A stretch of 60,656 nt of DNA, filler included, from Sphacelaria rigidula (taxonomy: Eukaryota): NCBI GenBank assembly GCA_964200075.2. It is 10 parts of 10 records of this genome, joined end to end, with 100 filler letters (N's around TTAATTAATTAA, not from the genome) between each part and the next. Parts side by side here need not be neighbours in the genome. Positions count along the whole stretch, not along the records: positions 1 to 5,976 come from CAXNAA020023068.1; positions 6,077 to 12,052 come from CAXNAA020023069.1; 8 more parts are not named here. The stretch is one strand, 5' to 3'. Below are positions 1 through 11,257 of this stretch, in pieces. The translations under genes and the position numbers were made by a program. A model generated the notes under the pieces. The model ran no database searches, was not told where the DNA came from, and saw only the letters and a program-made list of their open reading frames with translations. Position 1 is the stretch's first letter; each line of letters begins with the position of its first letter.

Positions 1-65
1 AAAGGGATGCGTGGTCAATGGTCAAACGACTAAGGCAAGCAACAAATGAGTACGCCCCCCCCCCC
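1..65 (+). repeat. Short (~80 bp) dispersed repeat with poly-C tail, family A
   Basis: AAAGGGATGCGTGGTCAATGGTCAAACGACTAAGGCAAGCAACAAATGAGTACG(C)n. Copies at ~2323-2410(+), 5911-5976(-), ~29945-30010(+), ~46335-46406(-), ~48030-48106(-) and ~60575-60656(-). Confidence 0.9.
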
Positions 66-161
66 TGTCGTCGCATCGTAGTATTGTGTACAGTATAGAA
101 TGGTCGTGGTAGTGCAGTGCTGAAGGCGTGTGCACTGGGTTGTCTTCAGTAAGGCTCTTGA

Positions 162-248
162 TTAACCCTTAGACCGCGGTGCGAGTAGTCCATCTGGACT
201 ATGTATACTATGTTCGAGTGAATTTTGATGCCGATTCAGCAGGGTCAA
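162..248 (+). mobile_element. Tiny piggyBac-type MITE, internally deleted copy
   Basis: Begins TTAA|CCCTTAGACCGCGG and is homologous to 30762-30873 and 18797-18909. Confidence 0.5.
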
Positions 249-564
249 AAACGTTTTTTCGGTGTTCGAGATCCTTTGTGAGTGCCGTGTGGTGCGGTGT
301 GTTGAGTAGTGAGGCGGGCGGTTTGGGGCCTGTTTGTGCTCTGCTGCTTGACAGCTTTGTTCGCTGGTTTGGTCGATCAGTTAGTGCGCGGGATGGTTGG
401 ATGGGTGCTTGGTCGGTTAGGTTTTGCACATTATGAAGTGATGACTAGACAGGACACGGATACCTCGTTGAAGGGAACTCGAAAAAAGGCCAACTCGATT
501 GGTTTGATTGATTGATTAACTGATTGTCGTACTTTAACTGGTCCCCCAGTGAACCAGCCATGGT

Positions 565-681
565 GATGATCCACATGATCCATATGATGGACGTGTCGTG
601 ATCCACATGATGGACGTATCATGATCCACATGAACGACACGTCATGATCCACATGATGGACGTGTCGTGATCCACATGATG
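565..681 (+). repeat. 23-bp minisatellite (TGATCCACATGATGGACGTGTCA)n, left part
   Basis: About 5 tandem units. The array resumes at 1606-1680 after an insertion. Confidence 0.9.
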
Positions 682-1605
682 CGAGCTGGGCCGGCCATCA
701 GTGATTTTTAAACGAAGAGTGGAGATGCTGTTGGCATTTCGAAGAGTCGGGCGCTGAAATTTTGACAATACATTTTTATTTTCAATCCGCGCAACCCTGT
801 GAGGGGTGTCACCGAAAAAACAAACAAACAGGAAGTCAGAGCGGGTTGAAGTTTCTGCAAAAAGAGGGAAAATGCTCAAGTTCCTAAAAAACATGATGAA
901 AACGATGACAACGCTCCGGCACATACGGGCACTCGCGTTAACCACATCCTTGTGAAGTCTCAGCTAAAAAATACGTGAATTGGGCTTAGCGTCGCACTTC
1001 TTGTGTAACTCCGGTGGTCAACCTGATACAACACCCTCAAATTACGCAGGTAACGAGTTCGAATCCCGACACGATAACAACTTTTTTTGTGCACGCTAAT
1101 CGTGCATAGTCTGTCCTACCTTTGGGTTGCAAATTGTCTCGATATTTTGGTGACGGTCTTGCTTTTGGGGGGGAGGGTATAGCGCAGTTCCAAGTAGTAC
1201 TTCTCCCTCGTGCGGTGATATACGATAGTTGGCTGGGAAGTTCTCTCTCATCATGGAGCTTATGACGAGCTTGATGCCGTATTGCAGCACGACCAGTGTG
1301 CTGTTGCCTGGGCATGTCGGGTGTGCGTGTGCCTATGCGGCGCAACCGACTATCGTAATTTCACCGCATTTTGTGAAACGAAATGTCTCCGGACACGTTG
1401 TCACGCAATGGCAAGATACGTACCCTTTACTTAATACAGTACAATAACGTCATCGCCAAAACTGCGCCAATCAAGCAACGGCGGTGCCGTGTGTTACTAG
1501 GTTAGTCTGCAGTTCACAGCGATATGCTCAAGTCGCGCTGATTTGGGAAACTTGAGAAGTTGTAGTGCAGAGAGAGACTGTAGGATTTACTGCCGGCCCA
1601 GCTCG
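682..1605. mobile_element. Non-autonomous DNA transposon with 14-bp TIR CGAGCTGGGCCGGC, inserted into the minisatellite (probable TA target)
   Basis: Perfect inverted repeats at 682-695 and 1592-1605, flanked by TG/TA. Removing the element restores the 23-bp unit. A related copy lies at ~16741-17259 and a TA+TIR end at ~18072-18088. Confidence 0.8.
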
Positions 1606-1680
1606 TAGACGTGTCATGATCCACATGATGGACGTGTCATGATCCACATGATATACGTGTCATGATCCACATGCTAGACG
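1606..1680 (+). repeat. 23-bp minisatellite, right part
   Basis: About 3 units of the same GACGTGTCATGATCCACATGAT repeat. Confidence 0.9.
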
Positions 1681-2423
1681 TACCCGAGAAGGAGATATAG
1701 AACAAGTCGGATTTCGTTCGGAGATCGGAACATCGGACCATCGGGACGATTGTCGTACTGTTGGATCAGTGCACCTTGTGGAAAAAGCTCGAAAGTGTAC
1801 AGCCACTGTTGTTTTGTCACTGTTGGAACGGGGCTGAAATACTACACGTCATTTCAAGTCCTTGGCATCACGCATTCATATACTCCTTGAAAAGTCAGTG
1901 TACAGGTTTGGGGTTGGGAGAAAAGACGAAAACCACAGGTATACTTATCTCTTATTCCGCCAGAAACAGGCGTGCGGCGCTTTCGGCTAATCACGTGACT
2001 GTGAAACGACCAGCCTATGCTACCCGCGTTTTCTTATGTACGCGATTTGGTGGAAATACGTGCAGGTGTGCCTGGATCTGTCGGGTTTTTTTTTTTTTTT
2101 TTTTTCTTTGACCTTATTTTTGTTTCCTTGCCCGTCACTTTTTTTTGTGTTTGTTTCTTTNNNNNNNNNNTTTTTTCGTTTTCCTCCAGACGGGGTGTGG
2201 GGGCATTACGTGCAGGTGTGCCTGGATCTGTCGGGTTTTTTTTTTTTTTTTTTACCGCGACCACATTTTTGTTTCCTCGCCAGTCACTTGTTGCTGTGTT
2301 TCGTGCTTTCTCCCCTCCTCCTCGTCTCGAACGGAATGTGTGATCAACGTCGATGGTCAAATGACTCAAGGCAACCAACCAATGAGTACCCCCGCCCCCC
2401 CCCCCCCCCTTCGCAACAAACAG

Positions 2424-3959
2424 GTTTTTAGATAAGCTTATTAAAGCCACTGAGGACTTAGACATGGAGTCATTCTCCACGCACTGCTACGAATACGACC
2501 AGGTGAGTGCAACGTTTTGTTTTTGTTGCAAAAGAAACGGTCCGTCCTCTTGGCGCACTTGTTTGATATTATATTTTTGGATGTTGCACGCTATTAAGAT
2601 CATAAATAGCTGGTCCTCGAGGAATCCAACCGTGATCATTGTCCATTATCCATTATCCGCATCGTGCAACGCACCCAAGTTAAACACGCTGATTTACTGG
2701 GAAACATCAATGTACTGGCCGCTGGCGCGGCCAATTTGAACTATACTGGCAAGAGCAGCCAGTTCACAGTCCTAGGAAAGTTGGTTTGCAACATGGGTTG
2801 CGATAGTGCACGGTATCAAACAGTATGAACAAGCGCTGTTTGTCGGCATATGTCGCGTTCGAATAACCCGTCGCTGCTTTCGACGACGAGTTTTAGTGAG
2901 TTTTTGGGGAAGAAACGGCCCAAAATACCCCCCTCCCCGCATTGTAGCATGACTCTGAAACAGTAACTGATGCATGACTGTGCTGTAGCACCGTGAAACC
3001 GCTGCAGCGGCAGCGTCCGTCTGGCAGAAGATCGAGCAGGGAGAGGTTTTCAAGGGTCGGACAAGTATTAATTTATCTGAAAATTATTTGGTTTTAGTGT
3101 AGTTAATTCGACTCGTACGAATCAATCACCTCGGCTTTATTTTCAGCGTTGCAACCTGGGTACACGCAGCCCAGACACGTGGAATGGCACAAACGTTGCG
3201 TGGATACCCCTTGGACCAGCGGTCAACGTTTTTCTCCCTTTTGGGCAATCGGGCCGAAGAAATTGTTTATTTGGTGATTCGTTGTCGTGAGCTCTCGTCC
3301 TAACCGTGGAGGTTTTGCTGCACAAGACTTGAGTTTTAAGAACGGCATTCTTTTTTTTTTTTTTCCTGGTGTAACACTCACAAAAAATGCGTATGCGTTT
3401 CCCTCCCCTCCTGTGTTCGTGGGTTCGGATGGCTTGACCTGAACGCTGAACGCGTAGACGTGAAGACAAGTGGGATTTGATGACAAAATGGAGAGGGATG
3501 TATTACCTTCTTCAATTGCTCACATTGTCACTGTCACTGTCGGGTATTGACGTATCCCCGAGAAATTCACCCGTGGTCATTGGATACGAGATGGGCGTGC
3601 CGGAGGTGAAGGAAGAGCGGAAACATGAGCTATTAGTGAAGGAAACGTGAGAAAGCAGAGAGCTGAAGAAAGGAAGACCAGACAAACGGAGTAATGAATA
3701 AACTTGACGCGACGAAATATTTGGAAACGAGTTGATGTGGAGGCGAGTTATAAGCGACACCTGGTGCTCACGCCATGTGTGTGTCCATTTTCCCTCCCCC
3801 CTCTTTCTCATTTTTTTTCCTCTCCTTTTTTTTTTTCTTACACAGATTTCGAAACTCGACACGTGGAAAACGAAAATGTGCTTGATGACTAAGCGCGGTA
3901 TTAGGGCTGGGGCGGGGCCAGACGAAGATGATGAAGAAGATGATGTGGACTTGACATGA
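2424..3959 (+). CDS. NAPA: Alpha-soluble NSF attachment protein (alpha-SNAP/Sec17), last two exons, 5'-partial: 2424-2502 and 3846-3959
   Basis: Spliced translation FLDKLIKATEDLDMESFSTHCYEYDQ|ISKLDTWKTKMCLMTKRGIRAGAGPDEDDEEDDVDLT* matches the alpha-SNAP C-terminus pattern (EYD-x-ISxLDxWKTxM...acidic...DLT). Splice sites are canonical (cag|, |gtgag; pyrimidine tract + cag|) and phases are compatible. Confidence 0.88.
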
Positions 3960-4923
3960 TGGAAATGAGAACTCCTGGAGGAATTTGTGATGAGCATTGA
4001 TATGTCCCAGTCGTTTCATTAGTTCAAGGATCCATTGGACGTGAATGACATGAGACGATGTTATCAGTGAGCGATACCGCGATCCTACTCTCGTTGTATG
4101 TAGCGTGCAGCATATGCAGGAACTGAAGTAGAGCGGCATTGTAATGCGCCGCCTCTCCGTTGTTTGTGTTGAGTATTCCCACGCTACGAAAAGCATCGCA
4201 AGGGTCCGTTGGGTAGGTAGGGTAAATACCCTGGTTTTTATCTCCCGAATGTTATGTTGCAATGGTTCGATATTCAAAATCTCCCCAAACAGGGAGTAGA
4301 GTTCGCGATACTCTCCCCAGTAACTAGGAATTGTTGAAAGGATGTCGATACTCTATCAAGGTTTCGAGTACTAGAGTCTTTGGTTTTTCAGAAAAATCCA
4401 AATGTTGGACATACTCTGCTCAAGACACCCTTGATAAGTTACGATACTACGCGGTAGCGATGATGCATTTTCGCTCTTGTGGTGCTCCAGTTGTACGTCA
4501 ACATCAATTTGTGCTGGTGCGTTTTTGTTAGTGTCAGAGGGCTCAAGAAGTTGCCTCGCCAGTTTTCATATTGGCCTTGTCTGTCACGGGGCCGTAACGT
4601 TGTAAGTGTCCTATCTTAATCCCGGTGTTATCCGTTGTATTCTAGTGCTTGCATGAGCTGACACTGTAGGGGCTGTTGGTATCAATGTGGAGCACCTGAA
4701 GCGCTCGTGCACACAGTACGATAATAATGCGGATACTTCTTAATCGACCTCTCACGTTGGTGTTGGCGCTACTAAGATCGCATATGAAGTGCCACGAGAT
4801 TCGCGCGTGTCGAAGCAACCGTCTTGGATCATACCGTCCTGGATGTAACCCCTCGGGATCATGGCAATGCATTTTGTGTATGTGACTGTGTGACTCCTTG
4901 TGTGTCCCTTCTGTGAAAAGAGA

Positions 4924-5025
4924 TGTGTGTGTTGTGTTGACGTCCCATCTATTCTGGATGCCGCTCTACCCCTTCCGGTATATGTGGGCGCACCAGCCGG
5001 GGTCACACAGGAGGAAGGCCAACAG
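4924..5025 (-). mobile_element. 3' fragment of tRNA-derived SINE
   Basis: Reverse complement of the 3' parts of 43485-43838 and 59947-60303 (GGCCTTCCTCCTGTGTGACCCCGGCTG...TCCAGAATAGATGGGA). Confidence 0.7.
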
Positions 5026-5910
5026 AGAGATGGGCGCGATATTTGGAACGCTTTTAGGAACGTTCGTAGCAAAAGCAAAGGTTTGGGTTGGGTACGAAGT
5101 GAGACGGGAACGACAGACAGCTCGGTGCTTGAAGTCCTGACTTGGGAGCCGAGGTTACTGCTGTTCCCTTGTTTCAGTGACCCGCGTGTGTTCCGTTTGA
5201 GTCGAGAGTCGTCAGCGTCTACATGCTACTCCTCTCGTTACGCTCCCGCGTAGCCCTTGGCAGGCAACGTCCTTTGATAAGTGTGTCTACGAGTAGCTGG
5301 GCCCCGAATCATCATAATCATCATCAGTACACCAAACAAGAGCGCGGAATTTTCCCGCAGACAGCACTCCTGACCACGCCGTTTGTCCTCATGAGCGTGT
5401 ACATCATCTCCACATGACGTATTTACCCCATTTTTGTGACCCACGGAGCCCTCTCATCGCTAAAAGCGATCAACCATGGCGGAGGTGATTATCCCACCAC
5501 ATGTTCTACGGCAAGAAATATCCCGGGGATGATGGCAAATCGTACCCGAGGTTTGATGTCGAGGCGTTCGTATTCGTCAATACCCTGTACACGTTCCCGA
5601 GGCAATGCCTGGAGATGAATGTATGGACGGGGCATACCTTGTCCCATTCGCTGTAGTGGCGTCCGTATCAATCCCCCCTTGGGCCGAGGAAGAACCCAAA
5701 ATATACGTGTGTGTGGTAGGCGGGGGGGGAAAAGGGGTATACACCTCCTTGGAACGTCTGAGTTATTACACCCCCCCTCCCCCCCTCCCATGTAGTTGAA
5801 TTATCCAGAGGTAACGGTGAAATCCCCTCATGACGACTTTTCCGACCGCGATCTCCTTTCCATAACACTAGATCCCCACCCTCCCGATCGGATCGTTTTT
5901 AATGGTCGAA

Positions 5911-5976
5911 AGGGGGGGGGGGGGCGTACTCATTTGTTGCTTGCCTTAGTCGTTTGACCATTGACCACGCATCCCT
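5911..5976 (-). repeat. Family A short dispersed repeat, reverse copy at contig end
   Basis: Near-exact reverse complement of positions 3-65. Confidence 0.9.
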
Positions 5977-6076
5977 NNNNNNNNNNNNNNNNNNNNNNNN
6001 NNNNNNNNNNNNNNNNNNNNTTAATTAATTAANNNNNNNNNNNNNNNNNNNNNNNNNNNNNNNNNNNNNNNNNNNN
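5977..6076. other. Artificial contig linker (44 N + TTAATTAATTAA + 44 N). Identical linkers at 12053-12152, 18129-18228, 24205-24304, 30281-30380, 36357-36456, 42432-42531, 48507-48606 and 54582-54681.
   Basis: The same 100-bp spacer, with stops in all six frames, recurs every ~6,076 bp. Intervening contigs are 5,976 bp then 5,975 bp, i.e. a size-sorted concatenation. Confidence 0.98.
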
Positions 6077-6315
6077 CGGTACATAAATTATCGAGACGTA
6101 TAGCGTTGCAGTACATCATCCTTGTTACTGCATTCATTGCAACCCATCAAGCCCCCCCCCCCCCCCCCCCATTATGTCGCAACCCATTAGCCCTGCTTCC
6201 TTCTCCGGTTCGGGAGACACACGGCCCCGCCGTACGCGAAGCCAAACAAATAACCGTTCCCGCCACTCCGGGAAAGGCGATGGTCTACCGACAGCTCTAC
6301 GATCACAACCTAAGA

Positions 6316-6495
6316 GCGCTGCTCTATCTACGGGACTTGAAGACCAGTAGCCTGCAACGTCAAGACTGCCTCACGGCGAAACACTCCGTGGCGGCTCGAC
6401 ATCAGGCGCTGCTCTATCTACGGAACTCGAAGACCAGCAGCCTGCAAGTTCAAAAATACCTCACGACGTAACATTCCGTGGCGGCTCGACAGCAG
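6316..6495 (+). repeat. Two tandem 90-bp repeats
   Basis: 6316-6405 and 6406-6495 both read GCGCTGCTCTATCTACGG...TCCGTGGCGGCTCGACA. Confidence 0.85.
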
Positions 6496-6616
6496 TTGTG
6501 GCTGCAACGCCCATGTTCCACGATGAAACATCCTGTGGCGATTCGATGCCGGCTCGTTCCGAAGCACCCTCATCACTGAGCAACGCTCCCCCGGATGCCG
6601 CTGATTCGCGGCTAGG

Positions 6617-9366
6617 ATGGTACCCTCATTTGATCCTATTGCGGTGGCTTCTTCCATGGCGCCTAGGTCGGAGACGATCGACCTTTCGCCAACCCACTCA
6701 AAGCGGCACGCTTTCGACGTTCAACACACTGCCATGGACGTTGCCTCTGTTGGAAGTCCTCACTCTACAACTTCTGGTAGTCCAACGTGCCGCACCTCGT
6801 CATCTGGTCCCGAAACCGTGGTCGAGGCCATGATTTTGGCTCTTCAGAACTCCGCCAAGTCTTCACCTGGCTCCGCTGACGATCCTGGTACAAATCTTGT
6901 CTCGGCACTCAAGACGTTCTGCGATGCCACGCTACGTACTCAGACACGCCCCTCGTACGCGCAAATTGTCCGCGGGGCTCAACCTACAGAGATCGGTGCC
7001 GCACGTCATGACCCCCCAGTCGCCACTGCGCGGTCTATACAACCCCGGGGAGGAAGCCAAGATAGAGATCATTCTCGCCCATCTTCCGCTCCCTATGGAA
7101 GGGGGACCCGCGCCCTCCGCCATCATAACTAGACGCCACGTGAGAGGCAAGACAACAGCATCCATTCTCACGGGGGTAGCCCAGGGCACAGTCATCAATC
7201 CTCACATGGTTCTAGACGATCATCCACCAATAGCCATACAAGTGGTCGCGCTCCGTCCCTTCGTGACTTGCAATGCCGCCAACACTCACGTGATGACCAC
7301 ACTGTGCATGCGGACGATGTCAGAAATATCGTTTCTGATCTATCATCGGACCCAGCTTCCTCGATAGAGAAAGCCAGCGACAACTCTTCCTACGAGCCCC
7401 GACGTCATCATAGATGAGCTCGAGCTAACCGCGATGTCCCATCCCGCTCCCCTGCCGCCACTATCCGCTTGCTCCAACGACAGACTTCAGATCTGCAACG
7501 TTCACTCAAGCAAACTATGGATTTCTCCAAGACTTCGCCCACCAAATCTTCGGCAACGACTGCGGCCACTGCGGCAACGACTGCTGTCCCTGCCGCGACC
7601 ACTACTGCTCCGGCCACTCTCCCTGTCGTCCCGAGCGCCACTGCGGCACCTTCGGCCGCTATGACGACCGCCCTTGCCGCCGCCACTGCCGCCGTCGGCG
7701 GTGCCCACACCGATGACAGGTCTCCGACCGCTGTTACTGCCGCCCCTGCCGCCACCACTGACACCGTTGGCGGTGCCCATACCACTGACAGATCTCCGGC
7801 TAGGCCACAATCCTAGCCGCAGCTAACCGAGGAGTTCTGCCCCACGGGCTACCCTGTGTACCTTTTCATGGAACACGATAGAGAAGCGCAAAACCGCATC
7901 ATCACTCGTTACCGAGCCACCACCCCGGTACCGGTACTACCGGCCACCACTCCGGCGCCGGCACCTGCGGTGACCACACCGGCGCCGGCAGGCGCGGTGC
8001 CGACATCTCACGACGTGTCAGATGACCGCGCCGCCGACGAGAACGCGATCCGCCTCCTCCGTTATGATTTCACCACGCGGCAGGTCAATCTTTAGAGAAA
8101 CGTGGACACCGTCACCGCCGCTCACTCCGCTGCCGTTCGGGCTAACGCCGAACACCAGTCGTTCTTTGAAGCCAGCCAACGCAAGGCTGCGGAGCTTGCG
8201 GCCCATATTAACCGGACCGCTGAGCACGCAGCATCCGCGACGACTTTGCTGAACGACCATCAGGCCGCTCGGGCCCGCGCAACGTCCCTCCACGATCCGC
8301 AGAATCCTCAGCGATCCCCCGCAGCCTCTCCGTCATCGGGCCCGGCTTCTTCATCTGCGGGGTACCGTATTTCCCGTAAGACGGAAGCCGCCATTACCCA
8401 CACAACGATCGATGATCAACCCCGTCTGGCCCTTTCCCCTCACGAGGTCACTTGGCTAGTGCATACTGTGCGGGACTTCTCTGCCGACTTTTCGGTCGAC
8501 AACCCTATCCAAAGTTCCAGGGCCGCTTGGACTGCCGTCCATCATGGGGTTCTCGTTGCCTTGGGTTTACATCTTGACCAAGGCGCACGAGTTCCGGACA
8601 CAGATCCGCACGCCCTGACGCTCGCCCAGCTCGGGGTGCATGCGCAAACTGGCCCCAACAATGGTGCCAGTACCTACAACAGGGCAGCACGTAGCCTTTC
8701 GCAGGCCTTTCGAAACGCTTTTCAGTCGGGCACCTCCGTTGACGATGATAACAACAATGACAATGACACCTGGACTCCGGCCACCGCGAGTTGTCGGTCG
8801 CCAAAACACCACCACGACAATGATGACCATCAGGGCGGCGGACGCGGTGGTCGCCATGACGGTTTCGGATCCTCCAGTGGAGGACGAAAAGGATCTAGCT
8901 CAAGACGAGTGGCTCGGTCCAAACATCATACGACCTGGAAGCGTACGGGTCCCAGCTCGTCGGACAGCTCTTCCAGAAACTCCCGCAACAGGATATGGTC
9001 ATCAACGGACCCGCCGTCGGTCACCTCGATCAATATCAAGCAAGGAACACCTCGTTTGGCTGATGTTTCCTGCGAGTTACTAGGTTTGTCTGATACTAAT
9101 GACAAAGGTCGACTTTTGTCTTCGACCTCGCCCCGGGCTTTAGCTGCCGCCGCGACTAGTCAAGAACAGACTGCAGCTTGTGAGGCCGCAGCAGCTGCTA
9201 AGGCTGAGGCTTCTCGGGTAGCAGCTATTCAGAGAGAGTACATCCAGATGGATATTAAGAAACTTTGCCATATTATAACCATGCCCGCAGTGGACAATGA
9301 GAACTCGGGACAGTTTACCTCGGGTCTAATTCACTCCATCCGTCGTACTGTACGAAATATTCCACA
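6617..9366 (+). pseudogene. Long decayed low-complexity ORF (possible retrotransposon gag/ORF1-like), truncated by the TIR element at 9367
   Basis: ORFs 6617-7132, 7469-7816, 7856-8095 and 8102-9388 are all in one frame, separated only by single stops (TAG 7130, TGA 7415, TAG 7814, TAG 8093). The product is Ala/Thr/Pro/Ser/His-rich with no introns. Family assignment is a guess. Confidence 0.5.
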
Positions 9367-10328
9367 CCCTGGACAAAACAATATCTAATATATATATATA
9401 TATTGCCCACTCAAAATATGTCGACGCGTTGGCTGGTCAAAATATATAGGGCGAGCAATATGATGGCACGAGAGAGGGTCAATATATATTGTGCCATCAA
9501 TATGTCAAGTCTCGTGACATGCAATGTACATCGACCAAACAATATGTCACGACACGCGCCACCTCAATATATTTTGGCCGAGCAACATGTTGGTGCGGTA
9601 AGGCGTTGGTATATATTTGTCAAGTAATATATTGGCTGCCGCACGAGGTCAACATACATTGATGATTCAATATATTCAACACCCGAAGAGCCAATACATA
9701 TTGCCGTCCCAATATGTCGTGCGTTAATGCGTACAATATATGTTGGGCGGACAATAAACGAGGGAATGGATGGTCACAATACATATTCGTGGAGCAAAAT
9801 ATATTGATTTTCAGCACTTAGATTGAAAAGTGTATTGGAATAAGTATGGTGGGCAATTCTATGTTCGCGGGTGCTATTAAAAGATGTATCACCACATGCC
9901 GGAAACGCTCAATATATCCCTCCGCGAGCGTGTTAAATATATACTGGCTGCACAATAGCTATGCGATGAGCGTGCGCAATATATATTGGAAAAATATTAC
10001 TTTTGCATGGTTTGCGTTCAATATCTATTATGGTAACAATATGTTACGTATCGCTTCGACTCAATATAGATTGACACTTCAATACATGCGCGGCTGGCAT
10101 GCACAATATATATCGAATGTTTTCTTCCCGGAGCAAATACATGTCCAATATATTTGTCATGCATTACTTCACGATCATGACACGAGAAATATATGTGTTT
10201 AAAATATATGTTGTTGCTTCCATGTCTCCAAGGACATCTGAACACAAACTATATTGAAAGGACAATATTTATGCTGTCTCCAATATAATGTATTGGTATC
10301 ATATTGGAACATATTGTATTGCCCAGGG
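9367..10328. mobile_element. TIR-bounded non-autonomous element containing a 42-43 bp periodic dual-box array
   Basis: Left end CCCTGGACAAAACAATAT (9367-9384) and right end ATATTGTATTGCCCAGGG (10311-10328) are 16/18 complementary, flanked by CA/TA. Confidence 0.8.
9438..10160 (+). repeat. Array of CAATATATATT-N7-CAATATG-N17/18 units with unique spacers
   Basis: Unit starts at 9438, 9480, 9522, 9565, 9607, 9650, 9692, 9734 and 9777, then 9935, 9977, 10019, 10062, 10104 and 10146. Confidence 0.85.
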
Positions 10329-10523
10329 TATAAGCAACATAGCACCGGTGACCACGGGGGTACCAAAAGAAGCATATCGACCTGCGTTTTATGTCGTCGT
10401 GATGTTTACCAAAGATATGTTGCATGCTGTAAAGGGGATGGGCGGCCCCGTTCCGGTGGTCAGATAGGTATCAGAGGGCATATATAACAGGTCGCCTCTT
10501 CTGCCACCATATTTTCTGACCAG

Positions 10524-10555
<32 letters not shown>

Positions 10556-11257
10556 TGTATCATTTCACTTTTTTCACCACTTTTGCCGAGTTTCCTCAGG
10601 CGGCAAGGCATCTTATCACGCGCTTTCTTTTGCGGTGTATGAAGAAGGTGCAACGGTACATTACCTTTCGGGTTTGGGTGTCATCTGATACCTGTGGCGC
10701 GTGTTCTGGCCATCGAAAGTCGCCCACACTGGCTCTTTTTCGCGGGGTGTTGATCCCAAACCACAAAGGCCTCTTCAAGATGATGGAAAGCTTCGAACAG
10801 GAATCCAATCAACAAAAGCCCGTTCATAGCGGGGTATTTCGTTGCGTTCTCGTTGAGTCGGGAGCACGAAGACAGCGGTTATGCAGCGAATATCACGAGA
10901 ATATGAAAGCAAAGCACTTGAAAACAATTGAACATTGTGTTCGCCTTAGTCAGCAGCAAAAACAAGACCGTGCAATGAGCCATTGGCGAGTTGAACAAGG
11001 CACACACGTGGGCAAAGGTCCTCACTGTGGGTCAGCTGTGTTGGACAAGCGCAGGGGGTGACGAAATCCCCATGATCATGCAATCTGTAACAGAGAGTTC
11101 CCTCAAAGGATGCACCTGTGAAGTACCGGCGCAGGAATGTCCTTGTGACAGGGATGACAGAGATGTCCTTGTGACAAGGATGCATCCCTGCACAAGCACT
11201 TTACAGAGGAGACATTAAGAAATGTACGTAAACAATGGTTGGTACTATGGAGATGCC

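Noticed and set aside
565..1680. 23-bp repeats as CRISPR-like
   Set aside because: Units are directly tandem with no spacers, so this is a minisatellite.
2058..2260. Duplicated TACGTGCAGGTGTGCCTGGATCTGTCGGG(T)n either side of a 10-N gap
   Set aside because: May be a scaffolding overlap artefact around homopolymers. It cannot be resolved from the sequence.
1..5976. Contig 1 begins and ends with inverted copies of the same 65-bp sequence, resembling a 6-kb TIR transposon carrying alpha-SNAP exons
   Set aside because: The sequence is a high-copy dispersed repeat at which the assembly breaks, and it also ends other contigs.
9438..10160. Calling the periodic array a CRISPR array
   Set aside because: The conserved parts are two short degenerate boxes rather than one 23-47 bp repeat. 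The context is eukaryotic, with no cas genes and TIR boundaries. Kept as an unclassified array.
10549..11218. ORFs of 170 and 75 aa next to the array element as a possible effector gene
   Set aside because: No recognisable motif, they lie outside the TIRs, and the longer one starts in an (AT)n tract.
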